A stretch of 64,000 nt of DNA, taken from NCBI GenBank assembly GCA_963422735.1, contig OY730476.1:4192001-4256000 (forward strand), written 5' to 3'. Below, piece by piece: positions 52,722 to 64,000 of this stretch (its first letter is position 1; each line of letters opens with the position of its first letter). Below the pieces are notes generated by a model. That model worked only from the letters and a program-made list of their open reading frames with translations. It did no database searches and was not told where the DNA came from. The position numbers and the translations under genes are program-made. Origin of the DNA: Candidatus Latescibacterota bacterium. Its GTDB lineage: Bacteria; Latescibacterota; UBA2968; UBA8231.

Positions 52722-53680
52722 ATTTCTGGCGCAAAACAGTGCCGCCGACCCCGCCGACCCCGCCAACTTCGACCTTACTCCCGGCCCAGCACACCAACTC
52801 CTCGCGTTTATGGGTCCACCTGCTGCTGTTTTTCTGTACCATTGCTTCGACTGCGACTGCTGGTGCCATGCAGCAAGGGGTTGACCCGCTAACCAGCATC
52901 GCGGCCTTGGTTCACCTCGTCGAGGGCATCCCTTTTGCCGCGACCTTGCTCTTTATTCTTACAGTCCACGAATTCGGCCATTATTTTGCCGCACGCCGTT
53001 GGGGAGTCAGCGCTTCGCTGCCCTATTTTCTTCCCCTGCCCTATGTTTCTTTCCTCGGCACTTTGGGTGCCGTCATCAAGATTCGCTCCCCCATCCCCAA
53101 CAAGCGCGCCCTCCTCGATATTGGTGCCGCCGGCCCCTTAGCGGGCTTTGTCGTCGCCCTCGCGGCCTGCTTCGCCGGGCTTTCGCGCTCGGCCGTGGTC
53201 TCAGCCGATTATTTTCACGCTTCCCCCATCGAATTAGGGGCACCTTTGCTCTTTTCCGGTATCGCCGCTCTCGTCTTGCCCGCCATCGGGCCGGACCAAA
53301 TGGTCCTCTTAGACCCGGTGGCTTTTGCCGGTTGGGTCGGGCTGTTTATTACGGCCTTCAACCTCTTTCCCATTGGCCAACTCGACGGCGGCCATATCGC
53401 GTACGCGCTCTTTGGCCCCCGGCACCGGCAGATCGCCCGCACGGCCTATGTCGCTTTGCTGGCCTTGGGGCTTTATGGGGTCCTATCGCTTATGTGGGGG
53501 TGGCCCCAAGGGTGGCCGGGGTGGCTCGCGCTGGCCTTTTTCCTCGCGCTTTTTGGCAAGGATCACCCGGCCCCCTACGACCCCTTTATCGCGCTGGACC
53601 GCGGCCGGTATTTCGTCGGCTACCTCTGCCTGCTGGTCTTTGTCGTCTGTTTCGCTCCCGTGCCTTTTGTCACCTACTGA
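52718..53680 (+). CDS. Site-2 protease (M50) family intramembrane metalloprotease
   Basis: HEFGH, AGPLAG, NLFPIGQLDGGH. Confidence 0.92.
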   Translation: MNFWRKTVPPTPPTPPTSTLLPAQHTNSSRLWVHLLLFFCTIASTATAGAMQQGVDPLTSIAALVHLVEGIPFAATLLFILTVHEFGHYFAARRWGVSASLPYFLPLPYVSFLGTLGAVIKIRSPIPNKRALLDIGAAGPLAGFVVALAACFAGLSRSAVVSADYFHASPIELGAPLLFSGIAALVLPAIGPDQMVLLDPVAFAGWVGLFITAFNLFPIGQLDGGHIAYALFGPRHRQIARTAYVALLALGLYGVLSLMWGWPQGWPGWLALAFFLALFGKDHPAPYDPFIALDRGRYFVGYLCLLVFVVCFAPVPFVTY

Positions 53681-53688
53681 GCCGTGCC

Positions 53689-54435
53689 ATGCTCTCGTCC
53701 TTGCCCTTTCTGCTCGCGGTGCTGTTGGCTGGCTGCGCCATAGGCGACAGCGAACAAGTGGATTGTCGCTGTGCGCCCGACACGAGTGTCCAGCTTTTCC
53801 CCCGTTGCGACGGCATGGCCGAGGAGCGCCCGGATCCTAAAACCCCGCTATCGACCCAGATTCCCGACTGCCCCAGCGGACCACAACTCTTGCTGCTCGA
53901 TCCCACGCGCCCCGAATACGTGCTGTCCAATCTCGCTTCTATTTTTCAAGCCCAACCCGAGAAGCGCAGCCCTCAACAGTACATGGAGCAGTTTACCGAC
54001 GACTTTGTCTTCATCCCCGATCCCGAGGATGTGCAGCTAAACCCGCAGATATACGACGCCGACCGAGATACGCTTTGGGGGGCGGCTGAGGAGCGCAATT
54101 TCGCCCGCATCATTCTCTCACCGGAGCGGATCCATAGCGTGCGCTTTGTGCGCTGGTTCAAATCGTCGGACGAGAGCATCTTCTCCGACGACGGGCTGCG
54201 CGAGACCTTTATCTTCCCTTACGAAGCCGAGTTCTTCGAGATAATCAGCGCGACCGGGACAGACTCCAAAGAAACGAAGTTTGAAACGATCGGCGTTAAG
54301 GGGCTTGCGGAAATCGAATTGGTGACGCCAACGGTGGAAAATCCCGTGTGGTCGATCGCGATTTGGAAAGACCAGCGCGATCTGGCTTCGGCCAAGTTCT
54401 CTTGGGGGGAGCTGCAGGCGCGCTTCTCGCAGTAA
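53689..54435 (+). CDS. Putative lipoprotein (NTF2-like fold suspected)
   Basis: LLAGC lipobox; P..VL.NL...DFVF...W.I..W.D pattern shared with 55322. Confidence 0.7.
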   Translation: MLSSLPFLLAVLLAGCAIGDSEQVDCRCAPDTSVQLFPRCDGMAEERPDPKTPLSTQIPDCPSGPQLLLLDPTRPEYVLSNLASIFQAQPEKRSPQQYMEQFTDDFVFIPDPEDVQLNPQIYDADRDTLWGAAEERNFARIILSPERIHSVRFVRWFKSSDESIFSDDGLRETFIFPYEAEFFEIISATGTDSKETKFETIGVKGLAEIELVTPTVENPVWSIAIWKDQRDLASAKFSWGELQARFSQ

Positions 54436-54486
54436 CTGCGCGGCGCGTTTCTTTGATAATCGTCTCTCTGAATAGAGGAGAATGCT

Positions 54487-54599
54487 ATGAACCTATCTCA
54501 AGATCGCCGCTACCCAGAGCAAGACGCCCTTTTGTAGCCGATTTTAAGGCTATTTTAATCCCGCATCGGCTAGCGCGACTAGCTTTGAGATAGGTTCAT
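54487..54599. mobile_element. 113-bp MITE with perfect 15-bp terminal inverted repeats
   Basis: ATGAACCTATCTCAA ... TTGAGATAGGTTCAT. Confidence 0.7.
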
Positions 54600-54707
54600 C
54601 TCAAAGCCTCACATCGTCGTAGGGCGGGTACGCCAGATGCTTATACCAGACGGAAAGGACATGCCGGGATTAGTCGGGCTGATAAGAGCAGTCCTTGTGA
54701 TTGGATG

Positions 54708-55153
54708 TCATGCCCCATATACCCACTCTTCAGCGTCGGGATAATTGTCTTTCATCTGCTCTCGACATTCTTTCTCTGCCTCTTTGCCTTCCTCGTCGTT
54801 GTCATTTGCCTTGTCGCAGGATCCCCAATTAATGTCCGTGGTTGTGCGTAGCTTGCGCATTACATCGCAAGAAGATGAATAGCCCGCGCACCCTGGCCCC
54901 ACGCATTTGGTCGTCTCAGAATCCCGATGGTAGTGCAAGCCAACCAACTGCCACTCGCCGTTTATTTTTTAGGATTTCGACCCTATCGAAGACGAGCAGC
55001 AGCCGAGAAATTGAGAATAATCTCGGATACTCGTCCCGCAGCGAGCCGATGCCAACTGAGGTTGTCCGGGTTGGAACCAGCCTCAAGCAAAGATGGCCAA
55101 GCAACTACTAGGGAACAAAATCCCCATATGAAATATCGGACTATATACGGCAT
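54708..55153 (-). pseudogene. Decayed low-GC secreted Cys-rich protein
   Basis: RBS aaggagg + MPYIVRYFIWGFCSLVVAWP signal peptide, internal stops, Cys-rich tail in another frame. Confidence 0.4.
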
Positions 55154-55321
55154 AATAGCCTCCTTGGCATGAGTGAAAAATGATAGGTATCAAGTACTTT
55201 TTGCGATTTTTTTCAAAAAAAATGCGGCCGAGAGAATCAGCCCCTCGCCCGCGTTGGGTTTAGCCGTTGTTAATCGCTATATTTTTAAGTGGCACAACTA
55301 ACCTTGAAATAAAGACGGAGT

Positions 55322-55936
55322 ATGACCGTGAAATCATTCGCCCTCTTGAGCTTCTGCGGCCTCCTCACCTTGAGTGCTTGCAGTGCTTGCAGCAACCCCT
55401 TTGCACCCAACACACAAAAACCCACCGACATAGAGCCGCCGGCCCCACCCGCTCCCGACGCCACGACTCCTGAGCAGCTTATGGACAACCTCGCCCATGC
55501 CATGCACACCCGAGACGAAGAGCTCTACGAGAGTTTGCTCGACAAAGACTTCTTGTTTACCGAGTTCAATTGTCTCGGCGAAGTGGAGTTCCACTACGGC
55601 TTAGAAAAAGAACTGGAGATCATGGCCGGCAGCCGCGATGGTTCACAGCCGGGCATCTTCGACGAGTTCCGCCATCATTTCACCTTCAATTTTACGTCCA
55701 CTCACCGCATAAAAGAACTCGGTTCCGACCATCCGGAAGCTTTTCCCGAGGATCCCAATGGCCACCCGGACGAAGACTGGGAGGTCTTCTACGGGCGGGT
55801 CCAAATGGAGTTGCTTCGCTCGGAGGGCGAAGGCTTTCGCGTAGATCAGTTTATGACCTTCAAACTCCGCCTCGATCCAGACGACGACCTGTGGAAAATC
55901 GTCCGTTGGGAAGACAAATGCTTAGGCAGCACTTAA
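55322..55936 (+). CDS. Putative lipoprotein, paralogue of 53689
   Basis: LSAC lipobox, NPFAP, TTPEQLMDNL...DFLF...WKIVRWED. Confidence 0.75.
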   Translation: MTVKSFALLSFCGLLTLSACSACSNPFAPNTQKPTDIEPPAPPAPDATTPEQLMDNLAHAMHTRDEELYESLLDKDFLFTEFNCLGEVEFHYGLEKELEIMAGSRDGSQPGIFDEFRHHFTFNFTSTHRIKELGSDHPEAFPEDPNGHPDEDWEVFYGRVQMELLRSEGEGFRVDQFMTFKLRLDPDDDLWKIVRWEDKCLGST

Positions 55937-55948
55937 AGCATTGAGCCA

Positions 55949-58212
<2,264 letters not shown>

Positions 58213-58222
58213 AAGGATCGGT

Positions 58223-58792
58223 TCAGGCCGCTTGGTCGCAAGGCGCGCAGACTAGGGCGAACCGCCTCGCACCCCCCACGTCGAGTTCGGTCGCAAAATC
58301 CCTCTTGACCGGCACGGACTGCTCGCCACAAAAATCGCATTTGCCGCGCTCTGAGTATTCGGGAATCGCCCCTATTTCGAACTCGACCTGTTTGCGCTTT
58401 TCGCGCCCTTGGGAAAACAGCCGCGCAAAATTGAGCACTTGCTTGTCGGTCTCGCGCTCCAAGGTCCGCTCTATGATCTCGTCGAGCGCTGGGTCGTCGG
58501 GTTTGCCGCCGTCTTCGAGCGTGTGCCAAGCAGCTCGGCGCACCCGCGCATCTTGGTCTTCGAGCATCCGATAGAGCGCCTTCCAGACCTCGTCTATGCT
58601 CTGACGCACGTGGCAGGGGCACAAAAAAGACGCCGCCTGTAAGCGATCTGCTGGATCGGCGCTATGCGACATTTGCAACAGTTCCTGAATCTCCTCGCGC
58701 CCCACGCGCAGTTCGCCTTGGCGGAAAGCTGCTCGCTGATACTTGTTCAGTCCCTTGGGCCTCGACTTGCTGCTCCGTCCTTTTCTGCTCAT
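58223..58792 (-). CDS. HEAT-repeat protein with Cys motifs
   Basis: LCPCH, LEDQDARVRRAAWHTL, C-terminal CDFC...CAPC. Confidence 0.7.
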   Translation of the reverse strand: MSRKGRSSKSRPKGLNKYQRAAFRQGELRVGREEIQELLQMSHSADPADRLQAASFLCPCHVRQSIDEVWKALYRMLEDQDARVRRAAWHTLEDGGKPDDPALDEIIERTLERETDKQVLNFARLFSQGREKRKQVEFEIGAIPEYSERGKCDFCGEQSVPVKRDFATELDVGGARRFALVCAPCDQAA

Positions 58793-58977
58793 GTCCAATT
58801 CTCCTGTCTCAACCTTGTCATCATCTTAATGGCGAGAGTGCTGCAATGTCAAAGAGTTCGCCCATTGCCTTTGCGGTATGAAGCGGCCGCGGCATACCAT
58901 CTTATGCCGGTATTACTCAACACGGGAATTTTTATTAGATTTCCTAGAGATTTTACTCTACTGAAAGGAATTTGCCC

Positions 58978-59325
58978 GTGTTCGATCTTATTTCCACTGC
59001 CTACGCCTTGGGCGGTGCGCCCGCCGATGGCGGCGAACAGCCCAACCCCATCGCCTCGCTCCTGCCTTTTGCGCTGATGTTCTTGGTTCTCTACCTCTTG
59101 CTATTGAGGCCGCAGATGAAGAAGCAGAAGAATCAACAGCGGATGATCGACGAACTCGAAAAAAACGATGAAATCGTCACCAGTGGCGGGATCCACGGCA
59201 CCATCCTCAACATCAAAGACGATATCCTCGTGGTCAAAATCGCCGACAACGTCAAGATCGAGGTCTCGCGTGCGGCCGTTTCGCGGGTAAAAAACAAAGA
59301 AGACGCCGACGGCAAGAGGAAGTAG
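58978..59325 (+). CDS. yajC: Preprotein translocase subunit YajC
   Basis: LLRPQ.KKQK, TSGGIHG. Confidence 0.93.
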   Translation: MFDLISTAYALGGAPADGGEQPNPIASLLPFALMFLVLYLLLLRPQMKKQKNQQRMIDELEKNDEIVTSGGIHGTILNIKDDILVVKIADNVKIEVSRAAVSRVKNKEDADGKRK

Positions 59326-60248
59326 TGAGGCTCGCGTTTATGGGAACCCCTCGCTTTGCGGTTCCTTCCTTAAAAGCCCTCGCCCAGAGCCGCCACCAGA
59401 TCGTCGCCGTCGTCACCAATCCCAACCGACCCCAAGGGCGGGGCCGCCAGCTCGCAAGCCCACCCGTCAAAGAGCAAGCCCTAAAGCTCGGCTTAGAAGT
59501 GCTGCAACCGGCCGCGGTCAAAGACCCAGCGCTAGCCGCGACGCTAGCTGCGCGTACGCCCGACCTCTTTGTCGTCGTCGCCTTCTCCATCCTGCCCCGT
59601 CTCTTACTCGCCATTCCCCGCCTCGGCTCAATCAACCTGCATCCCTCGCTCTTGCCAGCCTATCGCGGCGCGGCCCCTATTATCTGGGCGGTAGCCAACG
59701 GCGAGAAGGAGACGGGCATCACCACCTTCCAACTCAGCCCGCGCATTGACGCGGGTCACATCCTACTCCAGCGCCGCTTTGCCATTGACTGCGACGAGAC
59801 GGCCGGCGAGCTGGAGGCCCGCTTGTGCATGGAGGGTGCCAAAATGGTCGTGGAGACCGTTGATGGGCTGGAAGATGGCCGCCTCACCGGACGGCCTCAA
59901 GGTACGGACGGCGTCAGTCGGGCACCCAAGCTGACCAAAGAGGACGGCCAGATTGACTGGCACCAACCAGCCGAGCGGGTACGCAACCTCGTCCGCGGCA
60001 TGAATCCCGCGCCTGGTGCCCATACCCAATGGCAGGACAAAACGCTCAAAGTACACCGGACTCAGCACACTGCGGGCTGCGGCGCACCCGGCACCGTACT
60101 CTGCGCCGATGGCCGCCGAGGTTTAATAGTGGCATGCGGCGAGGGTGCCCTGCAACTGACCCAAGTACAACCGGCGGGCAAAGCCGCCATGGAGGGAACG
60201 GCCTTTGTGCGGGGCTACCCGATTGCGGCTGGCATGCGGCTGGGCTAA
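59325..60248 (+). CDS. fmt: Methionyl-tRNA formyltransferase
   Basis: FMGTP.FA, NLHPSLLP.YRGAAPI, DAG. Confidence 0.96.
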   Translation: MRLAFMGTPRFAVPSLKALAQSRHQIVAVVTNPNRPQGRGRQLASPPVKEQALKLGLEVLQPAAVKDPALAATLAARTPDLFVVVAFSILPRLLLAIPRLGSINLHPSLLPAYRGAAPIIWAVANGEKETGITTFQLSPRIDAGHILLQRRFAIDCDETAGELEARLCMEGAKMVVETVDGLEDGRLTGRPQGTDGVSRAPKLTKEDGQIDWHQPAERVRNLVRGMNPAPGAHTQWQDKTLKVHRTQHTAGCGAPGTVLCADGRRGLIVACGEGALQLTQVQPAGKAAMEGTAFVRGYPIAAGMRLG

Positions 60249-60696
60249 CCTACTCTTCGCCCTGCTCGCGGGGCGACCGGCCTATGCCACAGAGGTAGAG
60301 ACCGATTCGACTCGCACCGACACCCTGCCTTCGGCGCATGGTGCGCTCCTGCGCTCGGCCGTGCTGCCCGGCTGGGGCCAGTACTACAATGGCCGCCCCG
60401 TCAAGGGGCTGTTCTTAGGTGCAGCAAGCGCAACAGCCCTCACCGCAGTCGTGGTCGAGCATCGCCGCATCCGTTCCGCGCCCACGCCCGAGGAACACCA
60501 AGACCGCACCGCCCGCCGCAACAGTCGCCTGCTGTGCTTCGCGTTCTCGGTCGCCTTGGCCGCGATCGACGCCTATGTCGATGCCCACCTCGCGGACTTT
60601 GGTGCCGTGCTGCCCGGCCTCAGTATTGGGGCCGAGATGCAAGTGGAGATGCAGCGCGGCAAAGCGTGGCTTTGGTTGAAAGCAACCGTGCCTTAG
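60205..60696 (+). CDS. DUF5683-like membrane protein (start uncertain)
   Basis: SAVLPGWGQYYN and IDAYVDAHL.DF. Confidence 0.75.
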   Translation: MCGATRLRLACGWANLLFALLAGRPAYATEVETDSTRTDTLPSAHGALLRSAVLPGWGQYYNGRPVKGLFLGAASATALTAVVVEHRRIRSAPTPEEHQDRTARRNSRLLCFAFSVALAAIDAYVDAHLADFGAVLPGLSIGAEMQVEMQRGKAWLWLKATVP

Positions 60697-61046
60697 ATGC
60701 TCTGCTCAATTCGCTCAACGCGGCGTCTTAGCAACTTGAGGCGGTCGAATGCGAACGGCATACATTGCCGCGAGTAGTAAGGGGTTGGGATGCGGCGGCG
60801 ACGTTCCAAGTGAACGAGCTCGCGCTCGAGCTCGACGGAGAGTCGGTCGGAAAAAAACAACACGAGCGGGTGGGCATTGAGCAGGCTGCCGAGTCGTGAG
60901 GTGCGGCCGTGGGCCAACATCTGCACTCGGAAGGCGAGCTGTCGCAGGCCGCGCAAGGCTACTAGCCGCCCCAAGATCACATAGGCCGCATAGGCTAGGC
61001 AAATTAGGAAGACCCCGCAGGCCACATATATGAAGTAGTAGAACAT
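60693..61046 (-). CDS. Hypothetical membrane-anchored protein
   Basis: N-terminal TM MFYYFIYVACGVFLICLAYAAY. Confidence 0.5.
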   Translation of the reverse strand: MFYYFIYVACGVFLICLAYAAYVILGRLVALRGLRQLAFRVQMLAHGRTSRLGSLLNAHPLVLFFSDRLSVELERELVHLERRRRIPTPYYSRQCMPFAFDRLKLLRRRVERIEQSI

Positions 61047-61214
61047 ATCACTCTCGGCCTCACGCCTAAATATCTGATACGCGGCCCGTTGGCTCAAGCT
61101 CATTTCCCAACTGCTAACAGGAATGAGATGCTTGCTTAATTGGCCCAAAAAATCTATTTGAAGTGAACGCAGCCTCTTTGAAGGACGGACTTTCCTAGAA
61201 TAAGGACTGTTTAA

Positions 61215-61404
61215 TTAGTGGTTAGTGGTTAGTGGTTAGTGGTTAGTGGTCCGTCCTATCCGGCCCCTTGGCGGCGGGTACCCGGCGACTGGCCTCGGAA
61301 CATCGACGCGGGGAACCACGCTGGTCCGGACGAGGGCTACGGGCAGGCCGAGTGAAACCGCCTACATGAAACCGGAATGCCCAACCGTAAACTAGGAAAT
61401 TCCG
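61215..61404 (-). repeat. Dispersed structured non-coding element, copy B, with (TTAGTGG)5 array
   Basis: Five perfect TTAGTGG units at 61215-61249, then a body matching 29484-29624. Confidence 0.8.
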
Positions 61405-61416
61405 TTGAAGGATACC

Positions 61417-61968
61417 ATGAAAAATCGCCCTTGTACTGTACTTCTCCTCGCCGCGTTGTTTGCTTCCTGTGGCACCGATTCAACCAAAAGCCCTAACGCG
61501 AATCCACCGATACTCTCAGCCCAGCTCGACGGCCGCTACGCGCAAAATATTCGCATTGAGGAGGACCAATTCACGGCTACTGGCCCCGGTCAAGAGGTCG
61601 TCCTCACCTTTGCGGCCCAGGGTATGGTAAACGTCAAACAGTTTGAGTTGCACTTAGAGATCGAGCCGGCCAGTGCCTTGGCTTTTGAAGGTTCTTCTTT
61701 CGCCGCGACCGAGCCCTTTCTCACCCCGCCCCTCAGCATTGAGCTGATGGGAGCGGGGCTGTGGCGCACCGGCGGCGCGAGCATCAGCCAAACCAAAAAG
61801 GGCGACGATATCCTAGGGACGCTCACGTTGAGGACCGGCGACGACTTCGCCGCGGGAATGCAAGTGCAAGTGCGCGTGGCCTTCTTTTCGCTAGGACCCA
61901 GTTTTTCCGACCGCGACGACTACGCGGCCGCCGACCTCAACATGGGGGTGGTGATTAACGGCAGCTAA
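61417..61968 (+). CDS. Putative lipoprotein (beta-sandwich, cohesin-like suspected)
   Basis: LFASC lipobox; beta-rich sequence. Confidence 0.65.
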   Translation: MKNRPCTVLLLAALFASCGTDSTKSPNANPPILSAQLDGRYAQNIRIEEDQFTATGPGQEVVLTFAAQGMVNVKQFELHLEIEPASALAFEGSSFAATEPFLTPPLSIELMGAGLWRTGGASISQTKKGDDILGTLTLRTGDDFAAGMQVQVRVAFFSLGPSFSDRDDYAAADLNMGVVINGS

Positions 61969-62020
61969 ACTCGACTCCTTGACGATGTAGAGGGGGATTG
62001 CTTATCTTTTTTACTCTTGT

Positions 62021-62096
62021 GGGGCTGTAGCTCAGTTGGGAGAGCGCCTGAATGGCATTCAGGAGGTCAGGGGTTCGATTCCCCTCAGCTCCACCA
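62021..62096 (+). tRNA. tRNA-Ala (GGC)
   Basis: GGGGCTGTAGCTCAGTTGGGAGAGC...anticodon GGC...GGTTCGATTCC...CCA. Confidence 0.97.
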
Positions 62097-62116
62097 TGAT
62101 AAGGCTATCAGGTAGT

Positions 62117-62153
62117 AAAGGGTTTACGACATGCCGTCGCAGACCCTTTTTTT
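62117..62153 (+). terminator. Intrinsic terminator after the tRNA
   Basis: aaagggtttacgac-atgcc-gtcgcagacccttt followed by a T run. Confidence 0.6.
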
Positions 62154-62228
62154 CGGATTTCTCGACCGCATGCCCTGCTCCGACTGTTTTCGCCGCACAC
62201 AACTCTCTAATAGCACGTTGAGAACGGA

Positions 62229-64000
62229 ATGGATTCAGCCCATTCACTCGACCACATCGTTCGCCTGACCTCCCAGACGGACAGTTTCAGACAGGTCGCC
62301 GCCCGGCTTGCGAATGGACAGCAACGCATCCTGTTCCACGGGCTGCCTACGACCCTAGCCGCGTTTCTGGCCAGTCACCTCCGCACGGCCCTAGAACGCC
62401 CCGTCCTCATCGTCGCGGCCGACGAAGACCGCGCCGAGCAGTGGCGCGACGACCTCCAAGTCATCGCCGGCGAGCAGATGGTCTATTACTTCCCCGCTTG
62501 GGACGTTGGAATCTACGACCGGCAGTCCCCGGACCTCGAAATTACCAGCTTGCGCGTGGCCACCGCCGCGCGGCTCATGCGCGGCGAACCGGCCATCGTC
62601 GTCGCCCCGGCTTCGGCCTTGCTCGATCCGCTAATCCCGCCCCATGCGCTCGAATTGGGCACGGAGATTCTCGAGGTAGGCGAGGAACGAGACCTCGACG
62701 CGCTCTGCTCGCATTGGGTCGCCTGCGGCTTTGATCGCGTGGCGTCCATCGACGGTATCGGGCAGTTTAGCCTGCGCGGCGGCATCCTCGACATATACCC
62801 TTTCGGCGTTGAGCATCCCTATCGCTGCGAGTTCTTCGGCGATGAAATCGAATCCATCCGCCACTTTGACGTCAGCACCCAGCGCTCGCTGAGTGCCTGT
62901 GAAGAGGCTTGGGTGCTGCCGGCACGCGAGGTGCTACTCGATTCCCCTTTTTACGAAGATTACCTCCAGCGGATTGAGGCCGCTGGCGCGGCAGAAGCTC
63001 TCACTCCGCTGAAAGACCAACTAGAACTAGGCGAGTCGCTTGATGGCATTGAGTGCTACACTTCTCTGCTCTACGGTCGCGACGACGGGCTTTTCGAGTA
63101 CCTCAAAGATCCGGTGCTCTTTTTGGAGGAACGCGAAGACATCGCCGCGGCCCTCGACAAGACCTTAGCGAAGCCGCGCCAAGAGTACGATCGGTCGCGG
63201 CAAAGAGAATCGCGGCTGCCTCCATCGGCCCTCCTGCGCGACGGAGATTGGCTCATCGCGCAGCTAGACGAACGCACCCGGCTCGAGCCAGTGCCCTTGG
63301 GCCAGCTTGATAACGCCGTCCGCTTCGAAGCTACAAAGCCGCGCATCTTTGCCGGCGAGCGAGCGCTCCTACAGCAGGAAATTGACCGGCTCGCAACCGA
63401 GTCCTATTCCATCCACATCCGCTGCGAGACCAAGGGACAGGCGAGCCGCTTACAAGAAATTTTCGCCGACTGCCCCGAGATCCACTTCGGGCTTGGCTCG
63501 CTGCACCAGGGTTTCACCTTTCCGCAAGCCCAGCTAGCCCTGTTTAACGACCACGAGATCTTCAGCCGCCAAAAGCGCCGCTACCGCTACCGCAGGTTCC
63601 GCTCAGCCAAGTCCATCGCCAACTACGGAGCCTTGCAGCGCGGTGATTTCGTCGTCCACATCGACCACGGCATTGGCCGCTACTTGGGCATCCGCCGCCT
63701 GCGGATCGGCGGACGCGAACACGATTGCCTCGTCGTGGTCTATCAGGGCCAAGACCGCGTCTTCGTCCCCGTCGAACAACTCGACCGCCTGCGCAAGTAT
63801 TCCAGTGCCGAAGGCGAGACGCCCCTACTCAGCAAGCTGGGCAGTGCCGCTTGGGAGAAACTCAAGGAGCGCACGCGCGAAGAGATATTCAAAATGGCCA
63901 GCGAGCTGGTACACCTCTACGCCGAGCGCAAGGCAAGGCCCGGATTCGTGTTCTCGGCCGATGGCCCATTGCACCGAGAGCTAGAGGTGGCCTTCCCCTT
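62229..64000 (+). CDS. mfd: Transcription-repair coupling factor (5' part, runs off window; not in the ORF track)
   Basis: GQFSLRGGILDIYP...EFFGDEIESIR.FD..TQRS; GDFVVHIDHGIGRY CarD-like RID. Confidence 0.95.
   Translation, partial: MDSAHSLDHIVRLTSQTDSFRQVAARLANGQQRILFHGLPTTLAAFLASHLRTALERPVLIVAADEDRAEQWRDDLQVIAGEQMVYYFPAWDVGIYDRQSPDLEITSLRVATAARLMRGEPAIVVAPASALLDPLIPPHALELGTEILEVGEERDLDALCSHWVACGFDRVASIDGIGQFSLRGGILDIYPFGVEHPYRCEFFGDEIESIRHFDVSTQRSLSACEEAWVLPAREVLLDSPFYEDYLQRIEAAGAAEALTPLKDQLELGESLDGIECYTSLLYGRDDGLFEYLKDPVLFLEEREDIAAALDKTLAKPRQEYDRSRQRESRLPPSALLRDGDWLIAQLDERTRLEPVPLGQLDNAVRFEATKPRIFAGERALLQQEIDRLATESYSIHIRCETKGQASRLQEIFADCPEIHFGLGSLHQGFTFPQAQLALFNDHEIFSRQKRRYRYRRFRSAKSIANYGALQRGDFVVHIDHGIGRYLGIRRLRIGGREHDCLVVVYQGQDRVFVPVEQLDRLRKYSSAEGETPLLSKLGSAAWEKLKERTREEIFKMASELVHLYAERKARPGFVFSADGPLHRELEVAFP

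Noticed and set aside
52999-53688. N-terminal 230 aa of the 478-aa ORF
   Set aside because: Shadow frame overlapping the site-2 protease; the lipoprotein start at 53689 fits better. The same applies to the extensions at 45351, 50838 and 56938
61215-61249. TTAGTGG array as a telomere or eukaryotic contamination
   Set aside because: Only five units, internal to continuous bacterial sequence, and matched by a different heptamer in copy A
61257-61404. Element body as 6S, SRP, RNase P, tmRNA or group II intron RNA
   Set aside because: I found no diagnostic motifs of these RNAs, and there are two diverged copies in unrelated contexts; an Rfam scan is still needed
62021-62096. tRNA-Ala as an integration site of an island
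   Set aside because: No integrase and no duplicated tRNA 3' end were seen in the window; mfd follows directly

Overview
A ~60% GC bacterial chromosomal window. Gene content points to a diderm FCB-superphylum organism, most plausibly Latescibacterota-like and host- or sponge-associated (inference from the long SecA, PorV-like barrels with FlgD-Ig cargo, several PhyH dioxygenases, HEAT proteins and an LRR-protein relic). The left half (1-30 kb) is accessory and partly eroded. It holds an ABC-2 exporter, mazEF, a DUF2089/SHOCT-like/DUF4097 operon, an NYN-cold-shock fusion, a radical SAM enzyme, a TPP-riboswitch TonB receptor-thiN unit, PhyH enzymes, PcfJ, an 11-residue-repeat coiled-coil protein and many short gene relics, including a decayed E2/SEC-C (CBASS-type) gene. 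The right half is mostly core: S55 peptidase plus propeller partner, ribD-ribE-ribBA-ribH-nusB-secA, purC, rhamnulokinase, a sigma-70 factor, a T9SS-like cargo/PorV cluster, tgt, yajC, fmt, tRNA-Ala(GGC) and the 5' part of mfd. The most unusual signal is a dispersed non-coding element of about 170-190 bp present twice (29456-29624 and 61215-61404). It folds best on the minus strand and ends in a heptamer tandem-repeat tail that differs between copies. Also notable are a RibBA with a degenerate DHBP-synthase half, reciprocal relics of duplicated genes at 240-4880, small TIR-bounded MITEs and an apparent depletion of CCWGG. All family assignments are by motif recognition only; no searches were run.
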